DNA from: Thermodesulfobacteriota bacterium
Lineage (GTDB): Bacteria; Desulfobacterota_D; UBA1144; Nemesobacterales; Nemesobacteraceae
NCBI GenBank assembly: GCA_965204665.1
Contig: OZ242002.1
Location: forward strand, 1,367,150-1,431,149
DNA length: 64,000 nucleotides
Reading direction: 5' to 3'
Shown piece after piece: positions 1-9,244 of the stretch (its first letter is position 1; every line of letters starts with the position of its first letter). Below the pieces are notes generated by a model. It was given only the letters and a program-made list of their open reading frames with translations. It searched no databases and was not told the origin of the DNA. Position numbers and translations under genes: made by a program.

Positions 1-1
1 G

Positions 2-688
2 GTGGACGAAGCGGGCAGGAAGCACTTCCTTTCCATTGAAAACGGAGTCAGGGAATCAAAGCAGAGTCGGCGCGAAGTGCTGCCGGACCTCAGGGCCCGC
101 GGGATGGAAGAGCCGAAGCTTGCAGTGGGCGACGGAGCTCTCGGGTTCCGGTCCGCCCTTTCGGAAGTTTACGGGGAAACGCGGGAGCAGCGCTGCCGGG
201 TGCACAAGACTGCGAATGTTCTGAACTGTCTTCCGAAGACTTCTCGGAAAAAAGCGAAGAGGAATCTTCACGACATACGGCAGGCGGAAACGAAGGAGGA
301 AGCGAGGAAGGCTTTCGATCTGTTCATAAGGATGTACAGGGACAAATACCCGAAGGCTGTTGAATGTCCGGAGAAGGATCATGAACGGCTTCTGACCTTT
401 TACGACTTTCCGGCTCAGCTCTGGAGAAGCATAAGGACGACGAATCCGATAGAGTCCGCCTTCGGAACCATACGGCACAGGACAAGTAGAACCAGGGGGT
501 GTCTGAATTCCGAGGGGATGCTGCACATGATATTCAAGCTGGGGATGTGCGCGGAGAAAAGCTGGCGGAGGCTCAACGGATTCGACTTCGTGGGGAAAGT
601 GATAACGGGTGTGAAATTCAAAGACGGGATTGAGGAGACGGATCAGGAAAACGAAGAGGTGAATTCAAATAACTGGAGCGCCGCTTGA
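2..688 (+). CDS. IS256-family (Mutator-type) transposase, C-terminal ~228 aa; the 5' part lies outside the window
   Basis: Translation shows IS256/Mutator-family motifs (GDGALGF, QRC-VHKTANVLN, FYDFPAQLWRSIRTTNPIESAF, AEKSWRRLNG). The ORF is open to the window edge. Confidence 0.85.
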   Translation: MDEAGRKHFLSIENGVRESKQSRREVLPDLRARGMEEPKLAVGDGALGFRSALSEVYGETREQRCRVHKTANVLNCLPKTSRKKAKRNLHDIRQAETKEEARKAFDLFIRMYRDKYPKAVECPEKDHERLLTFYDFPAQLWRSIRTTNPIESAFGTIRHRTSRTRGCLNSEGMLHMIFKLGMCAEKSWRRLNGFDFVGKVITGVKFKDGIEETDQENEEVNSNNWSAA

Positions 689-1142
689 TCACGCAAACAC
701 CAGATTTGACAATAACTCGGGAACTATTTTACTGCGTCACATCAGGTGGAGTAGTAGTTCTTTCGTGTTTTGGTACGGCGAATGAACATGGAAAGGAAAA
801 ATAAACGGCGGAAAAACTATTGTCAACAGACAGAGAGTATGCTATGGCACTACATTCCGTGTTCAGAATTCAAAAATGATTGTATATCAATGATGAGATC
901 TCATATGTACGAGAAAAGCCGAATTCGGTCCGATTTCAGCGGATTTTGGGTAAACTTGAGTTAACTCAACATATCTGAGAAAGACTCCATTTCAGGACAG
1001 TATCCGTTTTGTCTTCCTCGGTTCTTCTGCATGAGTTTTCCTGATGTGTAAAAAAGAATTTCTCGGATCGGATGCAGAACAATGTCTTTGCGGTCGGAAT
1101 CAGATTTTGGAATTTTCACCCGGTTAGTTCTTATAGTTGCAC

Positions 1143-1445
1143 TCATAATAACAAAGGCTTTGCGAATTGGTCAATATGAGTTTTCAAAGAGGCGGAGTTC
1201 ACCAAGTTGTATGCCACAAGATCTACCTTGTAAGGTAGACTACTTTCGTTGAAGCATGTCCACAAACGGTCAACGGTATGTTCCTGGACATCTCCATAAA
1301 GGACCATATCTATGTCTGAATAACTTTTGTGGGAACCCATTGCTCTTGAACCGAATAAAGATACGGTTTCAACATCGGGACCGAATTTCTTTATGATTTC
1401 TCTGATAAGTTTCAGATGTCTTTCATTCAGGCCGTGATCAATCAT
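1143..1445 (-). CDS. Minimal nucleotidyltransferase (MNT partner of a HEPN/MNT toxin-antitoxin pair)
   Basis: GS-x10-DxD motif (LFGSRAMGSHKSYSDIDMV). Likely start is MIDHGL at 1445 (alternatives 1460 or 1514), giving an 8-nt overlap with the upstream HEPN ORF. Confidence 0.75.
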   Translation of the reverse strand: MIDHGLNERHLKLIREIIKKFGPDVETVSLFGSRAMGSHKSYSDIDMVLYGDVQEHTVDRLWTCFNESSLPYKVDLVAYNLVNSASLKTHIDQFAKPLLL

Positions 1446-1875
1446 AGTCCAAACTTTCATTCTCTTTTGATAGTTTTTCATATAACTCGTCGAGATAGCT
1501 AAGATACATATCATGTATCTTCCCCACTATATCTTCAAATTTTCTGAGGTCATACGTATGACTCATTTTATTGCGTGCGTCAAGTGCGCTCATCCAGCCT
1601 TCTCCATCAGATACCAGTTTAGTCGCGATTGATTCTTTTAGCACCATCCTTGGAGTAATCTGAGAAAATATAACATTTTGGCTTTCTAAGTAGTCTTTCA
1701 TTGTTTTCCAAGCCAATTCTATGCAAATCTCAAACCTCTGAATCATCCCATCCTTTCCTAATTGGTCCAGTTCTCCATCCTCATCTCTCCGCACGGCTTC
1801 TCGTAGAAAATAGTAGGCTCTACTAAACTGAACTTCCAGAGAAAAAACATCTGTTTTTGAACATAACCTGCTCAT
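1438..1875 (-). CDS. HEPN-domain protein, HI0074-type nucleotidyltransferase substrate-binding family
   Basis: RFEICIELAWKTMKDYL helix and an R-x4-H motif (RNKMSH). Overlaps and is co-oriented with the MNT gene. Confidence 0.75.
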   Translation of the reverse strand: MSRLCSKTDVFSLEVQFSRAYYFLREAVRRDEDGELDQLGKDGMIQRFEICIELAWKTMKDYLESQNVIFSQITPRMVLKESIATKLVSDGEGWMSALDARNKMSHTYDLRKFEDIVGKIHDMYLSYLDELYEKLSKENESLDYD

Positions 1876-1933
1876 AATACTTTACTTTTACCTGTTTTTC
1901 AGCTGACAGCCTGTTCATGTATATTATAATATT

Positions 1934-3757
1934 CCTGTTATTATTACTTGACATTGTTTATTTCTTTGTTTACTATCCTAATCATGTACATAGAACGCGT
2001 ACCCAACAGAAACTCCCCACCCGCTGTCCTGCTGCGTGAATCCTATTGGAAAGACGGAAGAGCACATAAACGTACACTCGCCAACTTATCCAAATGGCCG
2101 CCGGAAATAATTGAAGGATTGCGCGTGCTGCTCAAGGGCGGTCGTGCTGTTTCCGACCCCTGCGAAGCCTTTGATATAATTCGGTCCCTTCCACACGGAC
2201 ATGTCGCCGCCGTTCTCGGAACATTACGTAAATTAAAGCTTGACCGCATAATCGACTCTTCCGCCTCCGCTCAACGTGAACGCGCTGTTGCCCTCATTGT
2301 CGCCCGTATACTCGCTCCGGGGTCAAAACCGGCAACTGCACGAGGATTATCTTCCAAGACTGCAGGCAGTTCCCTTGCAGAGATGCTCGACATAGAGAAT
2401 GTCGACGAGAACGAACTTTACGATGCTGTGGACTGGTTGTTGCAGCGCCGAGGTACCATTGAACGGCGTTTGGCCGAACGTCATCTGCGCGACGGGTCGC
2501 TGATACTCTACGATCTCACGTCCGCATACCTTGAGGGGAAGTGCTGTTCTCCTGCGCAGTTCGGATACTCGAGAGACCGCAGGAAGGGGAAGATGCAGAT
2601 AGTATTCGGTCTGCTGTGCAATGACGAGGGATGTCCTGTTGCTGTCGAGGTCTTTGAAGGAAACACAGCTGACCCGGGAACGTTGAGTGTACAGATCGAC
2701 AAGATACGTAATCGCTTCGGACTGTCCCGTATTGTACTTGTAGGCGACCGAGGCATGCTGACGGAGGCTCGCATCCGCAATGAGGTCGAGCCTGCGGGGC
2801 TTGACTGGATCAGTGCATTGCGAACAACGGCTATCAGTGATCTGGTTGTATCGGGTGCCGTGCAGCTTCCGCTGACCAGCAGGACGGACCCGGCCGAGAT
2901 CAGAAGCGATGACTATCCCGGGGAGCGTCTGGTGGTGTGTCACAACAAACATCTGGCGTTTGAGCGGAAGAACAAACGTGAGATTTTATTGAAGTCTACC
3001 GAAAAGCTGCTTGATTCCATTGTTGATGCGACCAGGCGGGACAAACGTAAACTCAAAGGCAAGGAAAAGATTGCGCTTCGGGTGGGGAAGGCGATAGGCA
3101 GATACAAGACGGCGAAGCACTTTGAGTTTGAGATCACGGACAATACATTTGAATATCGGCGTAAAAGCGATTCCACAGCAGCTGAATCAGCCCTTGACGG
3201 TATATACATAGTGCGCACCGGTATGCCTGCCGATGAACTTGATGCCGAGCAGGCTGTGCGCGCCTATAAGAATCTGAGTGCGGTGGAGCGTGCATTCCGC
3301 AGTTTCAAGACTGTGGATCTTAAAGTGAGACCTGTATATCACTACAAAGCCGACCGAGTACGTGCACACGTATTGTTGTGCATGCCGGCCTATTACGTAG
3401 AATGGCACATGCGTCGGAGCCTCAAGCCGTTGCTGTTTGATGACGAAAAGCCTGAAGAGGCGCAGGAAGCACGATCATCTGTAGTGGATAAGGCGAAGGT
3501 TTCGTCTTCAGCCGAAGAGAAATCCCGGAGCAAACGCACGGTTACGGGAGAACCTGTGCACAGTTTCCGCACACTGCTTGAAGACCTGGCCACGATCTGC
3601 AGGAATCGTATGGTAGCACCCTTGGACAACGCCGAGCCGTTTGAAGTCATGACTAAACCCACTGAGCTGCAGCAGAAAGTTTTCGAATTATTGGGGGTCA
3701 AACTGAAACCTGTCCAGTAACGAACATGTCTATTTTTTACTTTGTCAATAATACCAG
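1934..3757 (+). mobile_element. IS1634-family insertion sequence (boundaries approximate)
   Basis: Single transposase ORF flanked by imperfect inverted repeats: CCTGTTATTATTACTTGACA at 1934-1953 and TGTCAATAATACCAG at 3743-3757 (reverse complement CTGGTATTATTGACA). No target-site duplication recognised. Confidence 0.4.
1984..3720 (+). CDS. IS1634-family (IS4-like DDE) transposase
   Basis: N-terminus YIERVPNRNSPPAVLLRESYWKDGRAHKRTLANLSKW is typical of IS1634 transposases. Candidate DDE residues lie in LILYDLTS, VLVGDRGM and YKNLSAVERAFRSFK. Start taken at MYIERV; the ORF track starts at TTG 1948. Confidence 0.8.
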   Translation: MYIERVPNRNSPPAVLLRESYWKDGRAHKRTLANLSKWPPEIIEGLRVLLKGGRAVSDPCEAFDIIRSLPHGHVAAVLGTLRKLKLDRIIDSSASAQRERAVALIVARILAPGSKPATARGLSSKTAGSSLAEMLDIENVDENELYDAVDWLLQRRGTIERRLAERHLRDGSLILYDLTSAYLEGKCCSPAQFGYSRDRRKGKMQIVFGLLCNDEGCPVAVEVFEGNTADPGTLSVQIDKIRNRFGLSRIVLVGDRGMLTEARIRNEVEPAGLDWISALRTTAISDLVVSGAVQLPLTSRTDPAEIRSDDYPGERLVVCHNKHLAFERKNKREILLKSTEKLLDSIVDATRRDKRKLKGKEKIALRVGKAIGRYKTAKHFEFEITDNTFEYRRKSDSTAAESALDGIYIVRTGMPADELDAEQAVRAYKNLSAVERAFRSFKTVDLKVRPVYHYKADRVRAHVLLCMPAYYVEWHMRRSLKPLLFDDEKPEEAQEARSSVVDKAKVSSSAEEKSRSKRTVTGEPVHSFRTLLEDLATICRNRMVAPLDNAEPFEVMTKPTELQQKVFELLGVKLKPVQ

Positions 3758-4214
3758 TACTTTAAGTCGATTCTGCTCTGGAAGTTGAGACTAAAGTTAT
3801 CAAACCTGTATTGCCATCTTTTCCTTGGTTGCATAATCGTAACTCAGAACTTTTTAAGACATCCTTACAATGAAAACCGAGAATAGTCTAAGCCCGAAAC
3901 TTTCAGGGGCGATTGAAAAATATTCACACATTTTTAGCCAGTGATCAGTATTATAATCATATACACATTACTTACTGTGCCGAGGTTTAATCTATCGAAT
4001 TAAACTGAAATTTTGCACTCACGGAGTAGTTATGACCGATAACCTGTTTCTTTAACCCTCTGCATTATGTCGAAAACATCCTGGAAGACACGGCGGCACC
4101 CAAAATCAAACTCAATTCAATTTGGTAATACTATGAATGTTAGGTTATGGGCCGATCGTTTTGCAATAGTATTTTTCTACATCAGGATTGTAACGGTTAG
4201 AGCAAAGACCTAGT

Positions 4215-6080
4215 TCATCGTTTTTTCGAAGCGGTAAGTTTCTTCGCACGACGCAGGTGCCATTCCGCTTCCTTGTCTCGTCCTCCCATATTCAGAAGTG
4301 CTCTTCCGATAAGATTATGCATCCTGGGAGCCATCTCCAGATAAGGATTCAACGAAAATGCATGCTTAAGGTTTGAGACAGCCTCCTCATATCGCTTAAG
4401 CTCAAAAAGCATATACCCCTTACCGACATAAGGAAGCGGGTAATCCGGATTTATTCTTATAGCCTCATCATAAAGTTCAAGCGCTTCTTCATAATACTTG
4501 CGCCCTCTAAAGTTTTCGGCAAGATTCAGATACGCCGGTGCGTACTCCGGTTTCAATTTAATAGATCTCTTAAGGTGTTTTTCCGCTTCTTCGTGCTCGC
4601 CCAGTACGGACAGGACCGCCCCCAGAACGTTATGAGAGCTGTAATAGTTCGGTTGCTGTCTCACCGCCTCACGGGCTATCGGGAGAGCTTCCCGCTGCCC
4701 TCCGTCGCTGCGAAGTAAAGCGTATGCGAGGTTGAGATGAGCGGTGTGAGCCTGCGGGTTAAGAGAGATGATATGTCTGAACAGAGTGATTTCATTCTTG
4801 AAGTTGTTCGTATGATTCCATGCCGCCGCACCCAGAACGGCAAGCAGCGCCAGACAGAAGAATTTCTTCACTGCGCTTTGAATGCCCGCCGGTCTGAAGG
4901 ACTGCAATGCTGCGGCGAAAAGCACGATCACGCCGGTGCCCGCCAAGTACTGATAGCGGTCGGCGACAAAAGAGTAGGTCATATAGCCGTAATCAATGAA
5001 ACCGAGCACGGGCAGGAGAGTAATCCCGAAAAAGAGCGCGCACGCAAGCGGCCCCCGTCCTGATCTGTGACGGAGAAGCCATAAGGCGGAAACAGAAGCG
5101 ACCACTGCGACGAAGTACAACCAGTCGACCGGGTCCGAGGCGCTTACATCCCAGCGAGGATATATTACGGCCAGTTCCGCGGGCCAGAACAGCTTGCCCG
5201 CATAAAAGCAGAGAGACTGCGCCGCTATAAGCACCCTCTCTATGACTGAATGATCAAAAGAGACGGGTTGTATGTTTTTGTAGAACAGCATGTCCGCAAC
5301 GGCTATGGAGAATCCCAAGAGGAAGAACGGGAGTACCCGCAGCAGGTATGTCCGGGTGATGAAACCTTCCTGCCACCACCGGATGATCATCATGGTTGCG
5401 GGGAAGACAACCGCAACCGGCTTGCAGAGCATGGCCGCCGCGAACAGCAGGAGCGACCCTGCGTAGTGCATATAGCTGCGGGAATCGAGATAGCGGAGCC
5501 ATACCGCCAGGGAGGAGAGGCAGAACAGTGTGGACAGCGTATCTTTTCTCGCCATTATCCAAGCGACGGACTCCGCGTGCAGCGGATGAACGGTGAAGAC
5601 GGCTGCGGCGAACCATGCGCCCGGGACTGACAGGCGTCTGAGCAGACGCCATACCAGGGCGGTGTTCGCGAAATGAATCAGTATATTGACTGTATGATAG
5701 CCTGCGGGGGAAAACCCCCAGAGTTTGTGTTCTATCCAGAAGGTAGTATAGAAAAGCGGCCAGTAATGTCCCTCTCTCCATCTTCCCTCCTGAGTGTAGG
5801 CGGTTTCGGGGTCGAACCAGAACTGCCATATTCCTTCCCAGGAGGAAACGGCTTTCAACTCTCTCATTATAGAGTCATCCCAGACGAAACCCGCATTGAC
5901 GGCGGGAAAGTAGACAACGCATGTGAGCAGGAAGAGAGACAGCAGCGCGAAAGCGTGCTGTCTCCGAGGACTGAGATTACCGGGTAAAGCGTACGAAGTG
6001 TTGTGAAATTTTGGAGCTTTTCTCTCTACTTCGGCCGACAACTCCGCCCTCTGTTTTTTTCTTTCCTTCAAGTTGGTCAA
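4215..6080 (-). CDS. Polytopic membrane glycosyltransferase-like protein (TMTC/PMT-like, DUF1736-type motif) with C-terminal TPR repeats
   Basis: About 10 predicted TM segments. Motifs FVWDDS and TVHPLHAESVAWIMARKDTLSTLF resemble TMTC/DUF1736 proteins. The C-terminal ~200 aa are TPR repeats (e.g. YEEALELYDEAIRINPDY). Confidence 0.65.
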   Translation of the reverse strand: MTNLKERKKQRAELSAEVERKAPKFHNTSYALPGNLSPRRQHAFALLSLFLLTCVVYFPAVNAGFVWDDSIMRELKAVSSWEGIWQFWFDPETAYTQEGRWREGHYWPLFYTTFWIEHKLWGFSPAGYHTVNILIHFANTALVWRLLRRLSVPGAWFAAAVFTVHPLHAESVAWIMARKDTLSTLFCLSSLAVWLRYLDSRSYMHYAGSLLLFAAAMLCKPVAVVFPATMMIIRWWQEGFITRTYLLRVLPFFLLGFSIAVADMLFYKNIQPVSFDHSVIERVLIAAQSLCFYAGKLFWPAELAVIYPRWDVSASDPVDWLYFVAVVASVSALWLLRHRSGRGPLACALFFGITLLPVLGFIDYGYMTYSFVADRYQYLAGTGVIVLFAAALQSFRPAGIQSAVKKFFCLALLAVLGAAAWNHTNNFKNEITLFRHIISLNPQAHTAHLNLAYALLRSDGGQREALPIAREAVRQQPNYYSSHNVLGAVLSVLGEHEEAEKHLKRSIKLKPEYAPAYLNLAENFRGRKYYEEALELYDEAIRINPDYPLPYVGKGYMLFELKRYEEAVSNLKHAFSLNPYLEMAPRMHNLIGRALLNMGGRDKEAEWHLRRAKKLTASKKR

Positions 6081-6083
6081 TTT

Positions 6084-7154
6084 CTATGTCGGGTCAACTT
6101 CGGTTGTTTCAGGAAATACTAAACGATAACTCCAAGATTTCAGAGTCGGCGTTTTCTCCAGTAAGTACTCTTTGGCGAATGAATAATTTTTCTCCGTCAT
6201 ACCCTTCTCAAGCAGGATTGAAAGCGCAACTGCAGCTGATATCTGCACCAAGAACACTCCCGGAAGTAAGACAAGCGCCCCGGAAATAATCGAAGTTTTT
6301 ACAATTCCTCCCGTAGCTGCCCCTGCATTCAGGTCGGTCCCAGTCGCAATTGCGTATGCGACGGCGGATATCATGACCAGAGCAAGGATCGGATTGGCGG
6401 AAAGAATACTTACAACCCCCATTGCGCCTAGCGCCTCGGACAATTCTTCAATCTGCTCCGTTTTAAGAAAATACACTACCGCCGCTGCTGATATTCCCGC
6501 TGCGAGAACCTCCAGAGCATCATAAGAAAGAGCATCATAAGTCCAGTTTTTGCTGATTCCGTACTTGTTTAATCTTTGAGCTATAGAATCATAAGTCTGC
6601 TTCTCCATGGTCATAAAAGGTAACCCTTTGGGTGTAGTCGCATCTTTCCACAAGGCTTTAAAATACCCGTCGATCTGCTCTTTGTTCGAGCATCTGGTTT
6701 CGGCACACATACGGGCGACATTCGACCATGCACCTCCGATGGTGTGCCCTCCGTCGAACATTCTGTGGTTGCCTCCACCCACAGCGGTCTGCAGGTATCT
6801 GGCATCCAATGCCTTATCGAATTTCGTGGCGGCTGATGCTGTCATACCTTCAAGATATTTAAGCCATTGAGTTTGAGAAAGAAGAGGCAGGACAGTCGGT
6901 AGAGTATTCGCCGTTTCGGCTGCAGAATCTTTTGCAGCAGACAGAACAGGAGCCGTTTTTTCTTTTAGGTCCGTCATACGGCTCAATATATTCTTTGCCT
7001 CGACCCGCATAAAACTGAGGCCGGACTGAACACCTTCAGATACTTGTGAAAGAAATCCACCATCTTGTGGAACTGTATTCACAGGCTCGGAATATGCTTG
7101 CCAATACGGATTTAAAATCAAAAAACATCCTAACGATATCGCACAGATTTTCAT
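6084..7154 (-). CDS. Hypothetical secreted/membrane protein (N-terminal signal peptide, Gly/Ala-rich C-terminal TM helices)
   Basis: 356-aa ORF ending 3 nt from the start of the downstream TPR gene. Signal-like N-terminus MKICAISLGCFLILNPYWQAYS and C-terminal hydrophobic helices. No family recognised. Confidence 0.5.
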   Translation of the reverse strand: MKICAISLGCFLILNPYWQAYSEPVNTVPQDGGFLSQVSEGVQSGLSFMRVEAKNILSRMTDLKEKTAPVLSAAKDSAAETANTLPTVLPLLSQTQWLKYLEGMTASAATKFDKALDARYLQTAVGGGNHRMFDGGHTIGGAWSNVARMCAETRCSNKEQIDGYFKALWKDATTPKGLPFMTMEKQTYDSIAQRLNKYGISKNWTYDALSYDALEVLAAGISAAAVVYFLKTEQIEELSEALGAMGVVSILSANPILALVMISAVAYAIATGTDLNAGAATGGIVKTSIISGALVLLPGVFLVQISAAVALSILLEKGMTEKNYSFAKEYLLEKTPTLKSWSYRLVFPETTEVDPT

Positions 7155-7302
7155 TTTCTCGGTTTTTTTGAGCAGTTAATCTGAATTTTCATAGATACTG
7201 TTAAATTGCCTCTGTTCTATAGAGTGTGATTGACACCTTAGAGAACTGAAATTACAACAATCTGTATTTTAACAAGAATCAGTCTGAATTTCGACCCTGT
7301 TG

Positions 7303-8424
7303 CTAACCATCCGGACTTGCCTGGCGGAATGTCCAGCGAGAATTCAGGCGATAATTAAGCAGGGCGCTTGGAATAATCGCGCACGCTTGGAACAGCACGG
7401 GAAAAACTTCGGGAAAAAAGTTCGAGAGGGCGACGAAGACAGAGTAGCTGAGCAGAAGAGTAGCAAGAGATACTGCGGTGAACTTCAAACCTCTCAAGGA
7501 CTTGGTCCCGTTCATTGTTCGGTTGCCGAAAGTCCAGTAGTTATTCATCACGAAGTTTGAAAAAATTGAAATTATTATGGCCGCGGGAGAGGCGAGAAAC
7601 TTGTGAAAACCGAACATGATCATCAGATAAAAAGAAACCAGGTTGATTACCGCTCCGCAAAAACCGGTTATGCAGAACTTTACCAGTGCAATATGATTCT
7701 TAAGCCGAATCCATAGAACATTGAGTAAAAACTCTACCATGTTCGCCATTCCAAGTTTCGTTTTTCCGTGTTCGCGTTCGCGAAAATGGATCGGCTCTTC
7801 GACCACCCTTGCGCCGCAAAGCATTAATCTGTGCAGAAGTTCAACTTGAAATACATAGCCCCGCGACCGGATATTCGCCGGCCTCACATCTCTGAGTTTC
7901 TCCGTTCTTATCGCCTTGAACCCCGCCGTGCAGTCGGAAACTCCCTTCAATCCGGCGATCCATCTGGCCAGATGATTCCCCCACCGCGAAAGCAGCCGCC
8001 TCCATAACCGCCAGCGTTCATCAAGCGACCCTCCGACAACATAGCGGCTTCCGATAACTACATCCGCCCCCTCGGATATGCGCAGAAGCAGTCTTTCCGC
8101 ATCATCCGGATTATGGGAGAAATCCGCATCCATCTGCACCACGATATCGGCGTTAAGAACATCCATAGCATAGGTCATTCCGCGTATATAAGCATCTCCC
8201 AGACCACGCCGTTTTCCCTCAAGCAAATGCACGCGTCCGTTTGCTCGGGCGGAGAACCCGCGCACCAGATCCGCAGTACCGTCCGGACTCGAGTCGTCAA
8301 CCACAAGAAACAAAACATCAGGGTGCGGATAAGTTTCGGCAAGCCGTTCGAGGAGCGGTGTTATGTTGAGCGCTTCATTATAAGTAGGTATAATAAAGCA
8401 CACTTTTTTTTCGGTTGAACTCAA
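7303..8424 (-). CDS. Polyprenol-phosphate glycosyltransferase (GT2, Dpm1-like) fused to a GtrA-like membrane domain
   Basis: IIPTYNEALNI, VVDDSSPDGT and DxD in QMDADFSH, GLGDAYIRG. The C-terminal ~120 aa form four hydrophobic helices typical of GtrA. Confidence 0.8.
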   Translation of the reverse strand: MSSTEKKVCFIIPTYNEALNITPLLERLAETYPHPDVLFLVVDDSSPDGTADLVRGFSARANGRVHLLEGKRRGLGDAYIRGMTYAMDVLNADIVVQMDADFSHNPDDAERLLLRISEGADVVIGSRYVVGGSLDERWRLWRRLLSRWGNHLARWIAGLKGVSDCTAGFKAIRTEKLRDVRPANIRSRGYVFQVELLHRLMLCGARVVEEPIHFREREHGKTKLGMANMVEFLLNVLWIRLKNHIALVKFCITGFCGAVINLVSFYLMIMFGFHKFLASPAAIIISIFSNFVMNNYWTFGNRTMNGTKSLRGLKFTAVSLATLLLSYSVFVALSNFFPEVFPVLFQACAIIPSALLNYRLNSRWTFRQASPDG

Positions 8425-8438
8425 CTGTCTGCGCTTTT

Positions 8439-8786
8439 TCAGATAAGGTAGTAGATCAGCATGAAGATATACCGCATATTGGGACTTGAGTTGTGTGTCT
8501 CGAGTCTGGCTGATAGATCTCCGATACCCCCGAAAAAAGAGTCGTTGTAAACTGATGCTACTCTCTGGAATTCTTCAAATTCAATAATAGGCGGTTCGCG
8601 GACTGCAAGAGGCCGTACATTTTTCACAGCCGAAGTTATTCTTATTCCGTCGCCTTCCGTTGAGGCCAAAAACCATCTCTGCGAATCTTCAAGCATAAGT
8701 TCTATACCGCCTTCGGTTTTCTGCTTAAGAACTTCCCATTCATCTTTTTTTGATTCACTGAAAGGTATTTTCCTGTCTGCAAGCAT
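8439..8786 (-). CDS. Hypothetical protein (115 aa)
   Basis: ORF 14 nt upstream of, and co-oriented with, the GT2 gene. No recognisable motif. Confidence 0.35.
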   Translation of the reverse strand: MLADRKIPFSESKKDEWEVLKQKTEGGIELMLEDSQRWFLASTEGDGIRITSAVKNVRPLAVREPPIIEFEEFQRVASVYNDSFFGGIGDLSARLETHNSSPNMRYIFMLIYYLI

Positions 8787-8964
8787 GAGTGTTTCTCCAA
8801 AAACAGTTTTACTGCTATTCTACCCGATCGGAAAGCAAAAGCACCCGTAAACCGTCGACGACAAGCGGTCGTCTATAACGTTTTCCGCACAACTACAAGC
8901 CTCCGGACTCAACAATCCGTTCACTGCTCGCTGCCACTGCTTCAGATGTTCCGTCATACAACGT

Positions 8965-9215
8965 TCCGGATGGACCAGGCCGAGTCTACAACGTGCATCG
9001 GCGGCCGTCATCTGCCGGTTCACACCGCGCTGACCCGCGTTGACGCTCATGAACCACACCGTCGTCTCCGTCCTCAATTCGTCCAGATCCCCGATACGCT
9101 GACTCTTCAGGCGCCGGCGTGTCAGACGACTCAGTTCGCACTCGGCACCGTTCAGCCGACTGCCGTGCTTCGGCGTGCGGCAAAGAACCGGAAATGAATC
9201 CTCAACCGCTGAAGA
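8965..9215 (-). pseudogene. IS630-family transposase C-terminal remnant
   Basis: The minus-strand frame reads ...VLCRTPKHGSRLNGAECELSRLTRRRLKSQRIGDLDELRTETTVW....VNRQMTAADARCRLGLVHP. This matches the IS630 C-terminal consensus as I recall it (YTPKHGSWLNMAEIELS..L.RQCL.RRI....L..E..AW....N....V.W.FT..DAR.KL..LYP). An in-frame stop lies just upstream and there is no N-terminal part. Confidence 0.55.
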
Positions 9216-9244
9216 CGCTCATCCGCCACACCTTGACCGAACGC

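Noticed and set aside
8404-8411. T8 run (A8 on the coding strand) near the 5' end of the GT2-GtrA gene as a possible slipped-strand switch.
   Set aside because: It is short and encodes Lys-Lys in a plausible N-terminus (MSSTEKKVCF). There is no independent sign of phase variation, unlike the G10 promoter tract.
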